Source: Paraspadella gotoi
Lineage: Eukaryota; Animalia; Chaetognatha
Length of the DNA stretch: 64,000 nt
Direction of reading: 5' to 3'
Assembly: GCA_051294375.1 (NCBI GenBank)
Contig: CM119263.1
Location: 3,373,232 to 3,437,231 of the forward strand
Shown here: piece by piece, positions 48,601-60,585 of the stretch
Layout: every line of letters begins with the position of its first letter
Position numbering within the stretch: position 1 is the stretch's first letter
Program-made: the position numbers and the translations under genes
The notes under the pieces: model-generated
Database searches by the model: none
Seen by the model: the letters and a program-made list of their open reading frames with translations, nothing else
What the model was told of the DNA's origin: nothing

Positions 48601-49990
48601 TACGCAGTGAGAGACAAAAGAAGACTTATCATCACTCGTTCTATATCACTGTAAAATGGTTCTAGCCACGATCCAACTGTGCTTTTACCATAAAAACTCA
48701 ACCTCCATGCGTGAGTGAATCATGACTATTACAGCCCGACAAAAGCTCTTAACGAGTTCTCACTCTGACTAACGTAATTGATGACCTCTTTCATCTCGCT
48801 TCGAATCTTTGACCCTATTGACCACTCTCGCCTGTCAATTGGACACGCATTACACCTGGGTGAACCGATAAACGCACTCCTTCCTACGCACTCTTGGAGA
48901 AGCGAAGCTTAGACTGGCAATATTTTTCCCGATATTCGTTTTTCTTTCTCGGATCCCTCTGCTACCTCGGCGGCCGGACGGGGTCCATTTATTTCCGGGA
49001 TCTAACTCCCTCGTCCACCGAGGGCCTGTAAACCAAAAAGCGTTACTTTGGAGGTCGTTGCACCCCACCCGCTTTCATCGTACAATCGCTCCTCCTTAAA
49101 GCCTGCTCATCAGCGAGCTGCACTCACTGCACGCTTCGAAGCAATCTGCTACCGTGTCAAGATTCCAGGATTCTACCTTTTGTTTGCCGGACGCTCAAGA
49201 CAGCTTGTACCCCCTCTTCGATAATTTCTGTTCTTGTTCCAATATATTCTTTCTTGATTTGTATGCAGCATCGGAACCGTCTAAATGACCTGCTCTCGCT
49301 TAACAGCGTGGTCCGTACCCACACAACTCGATCAATTTAACGCGATTTCACCTTTCGCCCAGTGTCTTTCTCCCGATCTTCTCTATCCTGAGGAATTTGG
49401 CATGACTCTTAGTGAAGATTATAGTGCTCCTCCTCGTACTTACCCCTATCTTCAGTTTCTTTTGAAAAAAATTGTTCTACCCTCTACCGAATAGCATTCC
49501 TTAATCACCAATAATAACTAAACTTATAACCCGCTCTAAACTCTGCGATATTCCTTTCTCCTCTTCCTCATTTCCTCCATCTTTACTCCCCCCTTCATAC
49601 ACTTTATACCCTCTCGACCACGATGAGGTCCGAGTTCTATCGATTGGATCTTCGCGCGCCGACGGAGGTGACCCTCTTCGCCAGGCTCTGTGTCTGAGAG
49701 TCAGAACTTAGAACGTGAAAACTCTGGTGACGCTCGGCTTCCCATCTCGTTTAGCTCCGGCCGCCGGCCCCGGACGTCGTCATCTTTGCGGCCGACCTCG
49801 CGAGACAAAGGCGAAACCTTGTACCAATGTTGCCTCCTGGTTGTCGATGTTCCATCTGCTCTGTCCGGCTCCGTCCGCCGTCTGGCTCGGTTCCGTTGTC
49901 GGTCTCTCATCGTACTCTATACTTAGTCGCGACATTGTTGCCATTGATTCCAAACGTCAAGATTCCCAAGTCTCTTTCGATAATCAGTAT
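38690..49990 (+). repeat. Tandem direct duplication of a ~3.9 kb unit (38690-42605); the second copy is increasingly insertion-riddled
   Basis: 42606-44650 matches 38690-40750. 44650-49990 contains words of 40750-42590 in order, separated by inserted bases (e.g. ggatctaactccct at ~42157 and ~48997; ttgccattga(t)tccaaacgtcaag at ~42561 and ~49938). Confidence 0.88.
40310..40750 (+). repeat. 35-bp minisatellite, ~12 copies (second array at ~44365-44650)
   Basis: Consensus GCAGATGAATTTAAGGCCTCGAATTATAAATGAGG repeated head to tail without spacers. Confidence 0.92.
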
Positions 49991-52900
49991 AGTATATTTA
50001 ATAATATAGGCTCATACAATATAAGGCGTCACTTTAGTGAGAGCTACATTAACACAGAGTGATAAATGAACAATGATATGAAATAGTGTAATTCATACTC
50101 ACTTCTCGGCAAAGCAGTGTATGCCTGAATGATCATCACGCGAGAGAGTATTACTGGCCGGCGTGCGGTGCGTTGCATCATGCTAGCAGCATGAGCATTA
50201 AGCTATGACAGTAGAAAACTGTATTGATTATTCACACACGAGCATGAAGTCGAGCCGATACTCGCCACTTCATGCCACTAACTATCTCGACTTTCGGAAC
50301 TCTCAACTGTACCACACAGCTCCAATCAGCCTTATCTCATTCTCTGACACCACCGACTCACATGAGAAAGGCGGAATAAATTTGTGTAAAACAATACATA
50401 CTCCGTCACAATATAAAAACATAACTCTAATACCGTATATACATACCAAACTATTAGAAGACGCAGATGACTGGCTCTCTATACGTTAGCAGCACGCGGT
50501 AATTTTTCTTGGGGTGGTTGCCCTCAAATAAGCGCCCTCGGGAAACGCAAGAAACCGGACAACACACAGGCTTACTGAAACAAGACGAAATCCTCGCCTC
50601 GCATTCCGTCTGGCATTTTTCTTATTTGAATTATTTGTCGCCTTAACTTCAATTGCCAGGATGGTTGGCCCCATAACCATTGCCTCCCGTCTCGATTGCC
50701 TCCAGTTTTGCCTCTCGGCCTCATATCACTATTTCTGGTATTCCTCGATGCGTCCGTTACTTACCCTAAATTCCTCTCTTTTCCGCCTTATGCTCTTTCC
50801 TCTTCTATGACCTCTCGGCTCGCTTTTCTTCTTACGTCTTTATTGCTCCTCTTTATCTTTCCTATCTCCCCTCTATTTTTTTTCTCTATTCCCCAACGCT
50901 CTCTGTTCTTTTCATCCTCTTTTTGCCTCTCTTTTTTTCTTATCTCCCCTCTTATCTTTCCTCCTACTTCCTGCTTTTCTTCTCTATCTTCCACGCCTCT
51001 CTCACTTTCTATATCCCTCTCCTCATTGTTTCTTCATAAACTTACCCCGCGTCACCAACCTTTCACTGAACGTACACAGGAGATAGCTTACTAAGTATAT
51101 CTAGGTACAAGGGAATCTAGAAATCTCCATTGTTTTAGTTTATCTTTAGCTTAATAGTTATTCTTAAATCGCTACATTTTCATTGCGAATAGGCTATCAA
51201 AAAAAACTGTATAAAAATCTATAAAAAACTCATTTTTACATACTTATTACTATAATATTTATTTAAGCTGGACGCATTGCGAATCAAAAACGATATTTAG
51301 CTCTAACGAATTTGCAGGCGAAACAGAAATGGAACCGAAGGCAAAAGAGGCGAATATTGGTTACGCGCGAATCGCCATACGTCGCCCGTCTCATACAGTC
51401 AGTCACACGTTGAAGCGTCCGTCGTGTTATTCCACGCTCTGGCCGGCGCCGGCAGCGGATGTGGTCAGACTCGAGCCGCCGACTTAAAGTGGGCTTCCGC
51501 GTCGAGAAAATAGCGCCGCTTCGGCAGAGACTGCGAGGACGAAAAAGGCGTGAGCAAAGTAGGAGGAAGTGCCGGGAAGAGAGAAGCGACACGTGCCGGA
51601 AATTGCCGAGAAAGGAGCGCCGTTTACTTACGACGGGCGAAGGAGCGCCGGTTTCTTTTATACTACGGAAGGCCATAAAGCGGCGCTCGCGTCTCTGCCT
51701 CGCGTTTTTTTGACTGCCATTGAAACGATACTCGGCTTATTTCCGGACTTGAGTGGAGCGTGTGTGTAGTAAGCCAGAGAGAGAGAACGCAGAGAGAGAG
51801 AGAATAGATCGAATGAGAGCATGTAGCGAGAGAGGAGCGCAGCAGAGAAGAGAGGAAGATGAAGGACTGAGTGAGGATGAGATAGAGAGAGTAGAATAAG
51901 AGCCAGTTCAGTTGCGCTACGTGCGATTTGAAAGACNNNNNNNNNNNNNNNNNNNNNNNNNCGTGGATTGAAGATTTCAGCTTATATCAGTTCTTTAAAC
52001 AACCAACTTCTCCAAGAACGACAACAACGACAACAACGACAAAAACAACAACAACAACAACACCCCCCTCCCTCCTTATCAAACCGGTTCCATCTCTTCC
52101 CCTTCATCTCTTCTCGTTTCCGGTTTTGTTTTGGCGCCAGATTCCATCTCGCGCGTCGTAAGACTAGAGGCGCCTCACGTCTGTGAGGCGAGATAAGTTG
52201 GTAAGTCGCTTTCCTCACCAAATTAGGAGAGAAGTTGTTGTTGTTGTTGTTGATGTTGTTTTTGTTGTTGTTGTTGTTGTTGTCGTTGTTGTTGTTTTGA
52301 TGATCTTATTGACGCCAGGAGGGAGTCAGGCTCATAGATTTGATATTAATATAACATAATTTCATAATATAATTTCGGCCATGAGGTTAGACATTATTAA
52401 GAATAATTTGATATTTGTAACTTGGGAAAATGTAAAGCAGACTTTTTATATATACATTCAGATTTGTTTGTGACTAAAATCTTTTTGAGAAATACAATTT
52501 CAGTCTTCGTTGATTTCATCTTTAAAACCGGAATTCCTTCGCATATGTTAAATAAAAAAATATATTTTGGTTTTAAACTTTTCATCATTTATCATCCTTC
52601 ACACCATCAAGGATCTAAATTTAAAAATCCCAACTTTTGAAATAAATTGATCAAAAAATAACAAAAGGGGAAAAAAAATCTTAGTGAAAACAAGAGAAAC
52701 AGATTTTAGAAACTTTGAAGCGAATTGTTTTTCTTCGACGCTTTTGTTAAACTAGAACATCTTGTTATTTTCAAGATTTAAAAATTAAATAAAGAAGCGA
52801 AGAATCTTAAAAACAATTGTTTTAAATCGTTGCGAGTCAACAGGGCGTTGGCTTAAGACTGTCGGGTTAAGTAAAGAGAAACTTAAGCGACACTTTAAAG

Positions 52901-53089
52901 ACCGAGTCTATAGTATTTTTTTCTTTTTTTTAAAAACTCTAAAAATATTAAAAAAACAGAAAATCTCATAAAAATCACCCATAATCACAAAAATAAATAA
53001 AAACGAGAAAATCACCAACGAATAGTTAACATATTAACAATCAATTGCAAATCAAATTTCCCCTCAACTCATGGATGAGCAGCCTAAAG

Positions 53090-53195
53090 AGGCTGCGAGC
53101 CATTTGCGGCAGGGAGCCATTCGCGGCAGCGAATCATTGGGGCATAGAGCCTTTCGGGGCAGCGAGCCAATCGGGGCAGCGAGCCTTTTGGGGCG
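53090..53195 (+). repeat. ~17-bp degenerate tandem repeat, ~6 copies
   Basis: Consensus GGCAGCGAGCCATTCGG/C. Confidence 0.75.
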
Positions 53196-54754
53196 CATCG
53201 CTTTGGAATCTCTTCAAATCTTTTCTCTTTTCCAGATTTATTTACGAGTTTTGTTTTTTTGTTTTTTTGCTTCTTTCTTTCGTCAGAAGAAGAGAATCTT
53301 TTTTTCATTAACCGACGCTTGTCGAAGTAGGGGATTCTCTCTCTCTCTCTCTGGAGAGCGTCAAAACTGGTCAGTGGGGGGGGGGTGGTCTGTGTGGTTC
53401 TGATTAAGCATTTTGCTTTTTTCCGCAGATAACGTAAAACGTTTCCTAGGCGGGAAGACCCATAGAAAACAAAAAACGATGCTTGTCGAAAGGGGAGCAT
53501 TCGTGGGGGTGAAAAGAATTTGTGCCCAGAGTCGAAGTGCGGAGTGAGGAAAGTACGGGGGAGAGCGAGAAAGCAAGATGTGTGAATTTGAAAGTGAGAT
53601 GCGGAGACGACCCCCGGCAGCGTGAGTTGGAATCATGACCCGGAGTGGTTATAGAGGTAGGGGAAATCTTTAGAAGGTTGTTGTGCGGAATGCGGTCATT
53701 AGTAATCGAGGGAAAAATCCTTCGTAATGGAGCAGATCAACTTAGTCATTTAATTTACTTCCTGAAAAGGCCGAAGATAGGACCTTCTGTCGGGCTTATC
53801 CGCGAATTGATCCATTCTGGGGGGGTGGGGTGACGTCACCAGTTGTTGTGACTCTTCTAAACTCGACGCTAGATATTAAGTATTGGAAGTAAAATTATCG
53901 GAATAATTAAGTGAATAATTTACGCTTTGTTTTAGTAACAATGCTCCTTTCGAGCGGGAAATTTTAACCCCTAGATTGATATCGATGGCCAGCAAGAGTT
54001 AAGAAACTTGAAAACAAAGGTTAGACTTTTACTTCTAATTTAAAGTCTTAATTTCCTTGACAGCTAAATATGATGTTTAGTTTCAAATAAAAAAAACCTG
54101 TTTTGCATCTGAAAATAAACCCCGTCGATTTTTNNNNNNNNNNNNNNNNNNNNNNNNNNNNNNNNNNNNNNNNNNNNNNNNNNNNNNNNNNNNNNNNNNN
54201 NNNNNNNNNNNNNNNNNNNNNNNNNNNNNNNNNNNNNNNNNNNNNNNNNNNNNNNNNNNNNNNNNNNNNNNNNNNNNNNNNNNNNNNNNNNNNNNNNNNN
54301 NNNNNNNNNNNNNNNNNNNNNNNNNNNNNNNNNNNNNNNNNNNNNNNNNNNNNNNNNNNNNNNNNNNNNNNNNNNNNNNNNNNNNNNNNNNNNNNNNNNN
54401 NNNNNNNNNNNNNNNNNNNNNNNNNNNNNNNNNNNNNNNNNNNNNNNNNNNNNNNNNNNNNNNNNNNNNNNNNNNNNNNNNNNNNNNNNNNNNNNNNNNN
54501 NNNNNNNNNNNNNNNNNNNNNNNNNNNNNNNNNNNNNNNNNNNNNNNNNNNNNNNNNNNNNNNNNNNNNNAGTTTAGGAAATGTACGTAAGCATGACATT
54601 CAGATTAACCGAAATTAACATTTTTTTACGATTATAAAACAAAACTACAAATAAAATTGTAAGGAACTTGTACTTTAATTTTAATACGTACATCCCAACT
54701 CCGTAACCAGATTATCCCTTATCTTTGGTTACAAAAAAAGTATAATCAACTTAC

Positions 54755-55202
54755 CTTCGACGCTACAGAGAAGACCAACGACGACGGCGACGACGACGAC
54801 GCCGACGACAAAATCAGGAGGCCGTAACCGGAAGTGAAGAGACGCGGCGTCGTTTTGAAGGCGACGCCGGCGAGATCCACGACGCCGGAAACCGGATGGC
54901 GCCGTAAGCCGAGAGAGGCGGATGGAATCGGGGATTAGACCGGAAGTGGGGTGAAGGGGAAAGGAGGAGGAGGAGGAGGAGGAGGAGGAGGAGGAAGAAG
55001 AGGGGCGGGGGATCACCGGGACTGTGTAGGGATGATGGGCGGAGGTGGGGAGGAATTGGGAATGAGGGTCAAGAAGTCCGAAGATGACCTCAGACGTCGA
55101 GGGATGAGGTGGGTCAGTTCGAAGGGAAGGTCGACGCGAACTCTCTCGTCGCCCAGAGATGACGTCGTTCGACGACGTCCGAAAAGTTGACTGCGACGTC
55201 AT
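54755..55202 (-). CDS. Putative first coding exon of an unidentified secreted or membrane protein
   Basis: GC-rich ORF ending in hydrophobic FVVGVVVVAVVVGLLCSVE followed by a consensus donor GAAG|GTAAGT at 54755/54754; upstream acceptor ttttctttattcacAG at 55369. No recognisable domain. Confidence 0.4.
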
Positions 55203-55489
55203 TTCGGCGTCGGAGTTGACGTCATTCGATCGTCTTTGACGTTACTGGAACTCGGAGGTCAGTCGTTGACGTCATCGTGAGGTTGATGATGACAGAGACG
55301 ACGACGATGATGACGACGATGACGACGACGATGATGACGACGACGATGTTGACAAGTTTTCAATTATCTGTGAATAAAGAAAATTAAAAGTCAGTGAAAA
55401 ATATTACCCGTTTAAATTTTAAGGAGAGATTTCAACTTTTGTCTCCCTTTTTCATTCGTCGTCTCTTTGAGCAAAATGACTCATTCACA

Positions 55490-55580
55490 CTCACAATTTT
55501 GTCTTTTTTATCACAATTTTGTCTTTTTTATCACATTTTTTTCTTTTTTATCACATTTTTTTTCTTTTTTATCACAATTT
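55490..55580 (+). repeat. 20-bp tandem repeat, 4-5 copies
   Basis: (TCACAATTTTGTCTTTTTTA)n. Confidence 0.85.
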
Positions 55581-56142
55581 CATCGGATTTGGATTTTCAT
55601 TCTTTCATCAATCGTAAAATTTACTGATTTAAAAGTTAATTATTTTATATTATTACATTGCTGAGCTAAACAAAATAAGCATATGTAATACAAACAACAA
55701 CAACAATAACAACAACAACGACGACGCCGACGACGACAGCAACGAGTATCTCAAATAAAACAGAAAGTGAGATTCGAAGATATTTATTTTAATTAAGATT
55801 CAAAGTTATATTTGGATATTTGGAGAATTTCATTTAAATATTGATTAAGATTTTGATTTCAAGTTTTGTTTCACAATATGCATCTGGATGTTTCGTCGGA
55901 TTTTATGTGTAAAATTTTGATTTTTGATTTTTTATTTTTACAATTGCGTTTTGGACAAGAACCTGTCCGATGCTGCTTTTCTTTATATCGCTTATCCTCG
56001 GATCCTGCGATTAACCGGGAATCTGTCTTGCGGAGTCGAAGGAATGAGATATCAATTTTGTTTGTTCGCGCTCTCTGATCAAAAAGTTTTTTTTCGACAA
56101 CAAGAAGAGAGATAAAGAAAATAGAATTTTTTATCTTGTAAA

Positions 56143-56640
56143 TAACAAAAATATGGCAAAAATGACAATGTAAGAAATAACATGAAATTTATACAGTGCA
56201 ATTTTATACAAAATATTTTCCTGCATCTTCATTCGTTATTCCAACCACCAAAATTCTTCGGTCTTCATCAACACGGCGCTCTTTTCGGCGCCCAAACGTA
56301 CCCTCGTCTCCTCCTTTGCGGCTAAATTCGCGTCGGTGGCCGTTCGACGGCCGGCAATCACGTAGACGCTGCTTCCGGAGCCGNNNNNNNNNNNNNNNNN
56401 NNNNNNNNAATAAAAAAATATGGCAAAAATGACAATGTAAGAAATCAACATGAAATGTTATACATCAATTTTATACAAAATGATTTTCTGCCATCTTCAT
56501 TCGTTATTCCAACAACACAAATTCTTGCGTCTTCATCAATCATCGGCGCTCTTTTCGGCGCCCAACGTACCCTCGTCTCCTCCTTTCGGCTAAATTCGCG
56601 TCGGGTGGCCGTTCGACGGCCGGCAATACTGTAGACGCTC
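56143..56640. repeat. ~240 bp direct duplication flanking a 25-N gap (56143-56383 and 56409-56640)
   Basis: Both copies run from aaaatatggcaaaaatgacaatgtaagaaat to ggccgttcgacggccggcaat, differing by indels. Confidence 0.9.
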
Positions 56641-57152
56641 CGCCGCCGCCGCTGCCGACGCCGCCGCCGACGCCGCCGCTGCCGCCGCCGCCGCTACCGA
56701 GCCGGCGCCTTTCCGCGGCGCTAAAGTGAGGAAAGACGCGTCGACGAAGAGAGGTTGACGCCGGCTCTGAGCGACGCCAATCGGCACCGCTCGATGAAGA
56801 GCCGCGCCAATCCGAACCGGCGCCACGCCACCCGAAGTTGATACTGACGCCACGCCAATCGACGCGTCGTCGGTGGAGCTTTTGCTGGAGCCGTTCGTAT
56901 CTTTGTCGGAGGCGAAGGTAGCGGGGATCGTGGTCGCTTCCTTTGCTGCTGTAGTCGTCGTTGTTGTTGAGGATGTTGTAGCGAGGACGCCGACCGCGGG
57001 CCACGCCACGTTCGACGAAAGGAGGGCGCCACGATCGGCGGGGAGAGGTGGAGAAGGCGCCGTCCACGATGGCGTTGGGGCGCCAGATTTCGTTGTTGTT
57101 GTTGTTGTTGTTGTTGTCGTCGTCGTCGTCGTTTTTTAAGTCTTTAATTTCA

Positions 57153-57190
<38 letters not shown>
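56590..57190 (-). CDS. Probable frameshifted continuation of the ADAMTS-like mucin region
   Basis: A frame change near 57190 gives TTATTTTTTTTEIKDLKTTTT...KSGAPTPSWTAPSPPLP...AAAAAERLQYCRP; GC-rich and coding-like, with the same Thr-rich composition as the upstream frame. Confidence 0.55.
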
Positions 57191-58614
57191 TTATATCTTT
57201 TTCTTCGTTGACGCTACTTTTTTCTTTTCTTTTTTCAAATAGGGTTGTGAGGTCTTGAGGTTTAGATAATGATGCTTCCTTGGAGGGGTCCTGAGGTCTA
57301 ACGTGATCTTGTGGTTTGAAGGAATTTTCCAAAAAATGAGGACGAGGTTCAAAGGAATCGTCAGTTGCTGAGAATCCGTAGAGTTGAGAGAAATCTGCAG
57401 ATTGGGAATGTCTCTCTGGATCCGAAAAGATTTTCGAAGCCAAGATGTTTTGTGGTTGAAAAGGATCTCGTGGTTCTTTGTGGTCGTCGGCGTCGAGGTT
57501 TTGTGGTTTCAACGAGTCTTCAGTTGGATTCGCAACGAAATTTTCTTTGGCGTCGATGAAATGAGATTTAGATTTAGACGCTGTTGTTGTTGTTTTTGGC
57601 GGTGTAGTGGATGGTGGCGTCGTCGTTGTTGTCGTAGTTGTTGGCTTAGTTGTCGTTGTTGTTGTTGTCGTTGTCATTTTTGTCGTCGTTTTCGGCGTCG
57701 GCGTTGTCGTTGTCATTGTTGTTGTCCTTGTTGGCGCCCTCGTTGTCGTTGCAGTGGCTCTTGGCGTTGCCCATGTTGTTGTTGTTTTTATTGGCGTCGT
57801 TGTTGTCGTTGTTTTTATTGGCTTCGTCGTTGTCGTCGTTGTTTTTATTGGCGTCGTTGTTGTCGTTGTTTCTATTGGCGTCGTCGTTGTCGGGGTCGTT
57901 GTTGTCGGCGTCGTTGTCGTTGTCTGATAAGACGTTGTTGTTGTGGTTGTCCTCTGATTCATAGTGGAAAATTCTTTTTTCTCGTCAGATGTCGCAATCA
58001 TGGTTCTATTCGATTTCGTGCCTTTTGTTTCAAAACTTTTAAATTTTTCCGCTTCTTTTGTTTTCGTCATGGTCGTCATCTTCTTCCCCAAAAAGTAGGC
58101 ACCTCCTCCTCCTCCTCTTCTTTCTCCTCTTCTTCCTCCTCCATCCCTCCTCCTCTCCATCAACTTCCTCCATCTCTTCTCCATCAACGGCCTCCAATAC
58201 TCGAATCTAATCCCCGGATGTGGATTCTTCAACAGCACCATCACGTCGAGGGGCGTGGTCGTCGGTCCCAGAGCGAAGATCGACTCTGTTCCGTCGTCGT
58301 CGTCGCGGCTGTAGTGGATCAAGGCCCCGCCCACTTTGAAGATGCCCGGCCAATCTACGGCGAATTCGCCGTTGATGATCGCCGCGCCGAGATCGTCTTC
58401 GTCGTCGTAGTCTTCGCCGTCGGCGCGGAAGAGCGCCAAGTAGTTGGCGCTGCGGTCTTCGACGCGGACGTTGGTGGCGCCGACGGGAACGCGGACGATC
58501 CTCTTGTAGGCGACGGAGGAGTCGACGCTGGCGCCGCCGCCGACGGCGCCGCGGGGCTGCAAGCGGAAGGTGCTGGCGACGGGAGCGCAGGTGCGATTCG
58601 CGCCGCCGCAGACT
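57150..58614 (-). CDS. ADAMTS-like protein, spacer domain plus Thr/Pro-rich mucin-like stalk
   Basis: Acceptor cctacAG joins in frame to give C-R-VCGGANRTC; spacer motifs YKRIVRVPVGATNVRV, NYLAL, INGEFAVDWPGIFKVGGALIHYSR, ESIFALGPTTTPLDVMVL, PGIRFEY; then poly-Thr repeats (TTTTTPIK). The TGA at 57150 is probably caused by a frameshift. Confidence 0.9.
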
Positions 58615-58718
58615 CTGTAGGAGGTGGCGGGGGCGGGGAGAGGAGAATGTTATCACTAATGAAAATATTAATTAATCTTTATCATTCATTCTTTATTTTA
58701 GTATTCAAGTTCATTCAC

Positions 58719-58799
58719 CTGCACATGTCTTCGATGCTTGAAGATCCAATGACATTATCGCATCCAACCTGAAGACATTTTCCTTTGACGCAAACGTCT
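58719..58799 (-). CDS. ADAMTS-like protein, Cys-rich domain exon
   Basis: Manual translation DVCVKGKCLQVGCDNVIGSSSIEDMC matches the ADAMTS CV.G.C..VGCD..IGS...ED.C motif; donor AG|GTGAAT; the acceptor position is less certain. The preceding exon probably lies in gap 58876-59094. Confidence 0.88.
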
Positions 58800-59228
58800 C
58801 TGGCGCATAATTAGTGAATTAAAAAAAAGTTAAACAAAAGGGAAACGTAAAATTTAATATGAAATTTAAAATGTGNNNNNNNNNNNNNNNNNNNNNNNNN
58901 NNNNNNNNNNNNNNNNNNNNNNNNNNNNNNNNNNNNNNNNNNNNNNNNNNNNNNNNNNNNNNNNNNNNNNNNNNNNNNNNNNNNNNNNNNNNNNNNNNNN
59001 NNNNNNNNNNNNNNNNNNNNNNNNNNNNNNNNNNNNNNNNNNNNNNNNNNNNNNNNNNNNNNNNNNNNNNNNNNNNNNNNNNNNNNNNNNNNNNGACAGA
59101 GCGAACCTCGGATTAATGGAACGCTTTCTTTTAAGTAAATTTCGTTTATTATTGTCATTGTTTATTCTCGCAGTTTTTAGTTAATTAGTTAACTTAATAT
59201 TATAAATTTTATAGTATAAATTTTCAAC

Positions 59229-60344
59229 CTTATCTTCCATCTCCACATCATCGTGCACCGAACACTGAAACGCCCTGAAGTCCATCTCATCCTCGTCGCA
59301 TCGACGCGCGTTGCAGATCTCACGCTGCGTCGCCTCCGCCGATCCCGCGACGCAGCGGCTCCGCNNNNNNNNNNNNNNNNNNNNNNNNNNNNNNNNNNNN
59401 NNNNNNNNNNNNNNNNNNNNNNNNNNNNNNNNNNNNNNNNNNNNNNNNNNNNNNNNNNNNNNNNNNNNNNNNNNNNNNNNNNNNNNNNNNNNNNNNNNNN
59501 NNNNNNNNNNNNNNNNNNNNNNNNNNNNNNGCGGGAGGGTGAGGCGGGCGAAGGGGGCGTCGGGGTCGAGGAGGGCGAAGGTTGGCGAGAGATCGATGAA
59601 GGGAGGACGAAGAGGAGCGGGCAGAGGACGAGGAGAAGCGTAAGGCAGAGGATCTCGAACTTTGTCGGGCGGAGGACGAATTCGTCGACCGGCTCCTTCC
59701 TTTCGACGAAGCTGGCCGACGTTTTCTTTCTTGGTCGGTCGGCGTCTCTTTGCCTTTGTCGGCTTCGGCGTATCTGGACGAGCCATTCCGGCGTCGAGAA
59801 TATGTGCCGTCGGTTGTCGACTATTTTTGCGTCGTTTTAGATGTCGGATGTCAGGACGGCGATCGGTGCTATCATCTGTGCTATCATCTGTTCGAACGTT
59901 TTGTGGATCATCTGTATGACCAAAAATTTTCAGTGCGCTTGCCTCACCCTTCGCTGGAGGCTTTTTCTTTCCATAATCGCGGGACCAATTTCGACGAACA
60001 TTTTTTACGTTGTCTGTTATACCATCTGGGCGACCATCGGTTCGGCCATCCGTAATGCCTTTCCAAATTGGATCGTGTTCCTTTTTCCCGCTTTTTTCCA
60101 CCAACGATTTCGGCTTTTTGTTCAATTCACGTTCAGACTGTCGCCGAACATCTGTTCGATCATCTGTTCGATCATCTGTCCGACCATCTGTTCGATCATC
60201 TGTCCGACCGTCTCTTTCCCGATTCACGCGGTGTTGTCTCTTTCGTTGCTTCCATCTCTTTCCGTAGATTTTGTAGCTGAAGCCAACGCAATTGTGAAGC
60301 AGATGGAAGAAGAAGACGCAAACGAAAATCCAGAACAATTTCAT
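59229..60344 (-). CDS. ADAMTS-like secreted protein, first coding exon(s): signal peptide, charged repeat extension, end of TSP1 and start of Cys-rich domain
   Basis: MKLFWIFVCVFFFHLLHNCVG signal-like sequence; after the N-gap (59365-59530) reads EICNARRC..DFRAFQCSVHDD, the ADAMTS TSP1-to-Cys-rich signature (CN...C...DFR..QC); donor AAG|GTTGAA at 59229/59228. An intron could be hidden in the gap. Confidence 0.75.
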
Positions 60345-60429
60345 TTTTTTTATGGCGTCGAAATTTTAAGACAAAAATTGAGGAACGAAAAAAGAAGGAA
60401 AAGTAAAAAGTTGTTTTGACGTTGAAAAG

Positions 60430-60585
60430 ACGATGACGAAGACGAGGATGAAGACGATGACGAAGACGAAGACGAAGACGAAGAAGAAGAAGATGACGAA
60501 GAAGATGACGAAGAAGATGACGAAGACGAAGAAGAAGAAGAAGAAGATGACGAAGACGAAGAAGATGACGAGGAAGAAGATGAAA
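60430..60585 (+). repeat. (GAC/GAA/GAT)n trinucleotide low-complexity tract upstream of the ADAMTS-like start codon
   Basis: gacgaagacgaagaagaagaagatgac repeats. Confidence 0.9.

Noticed and set aside
44626-51769. Cluster of short novel-looking ORFs
   Set aside because: The region appears to be an insertion-riddled raw-read copy of upstream sequence.
57384-58772. 462 aa Cys/Arg-rich plus-strand ORF (and poly-Val or poly-Leu frames)
   Set aside because: Antisense shadow of the poly-Thr/spacer exon of the ADAMTS-like gene.
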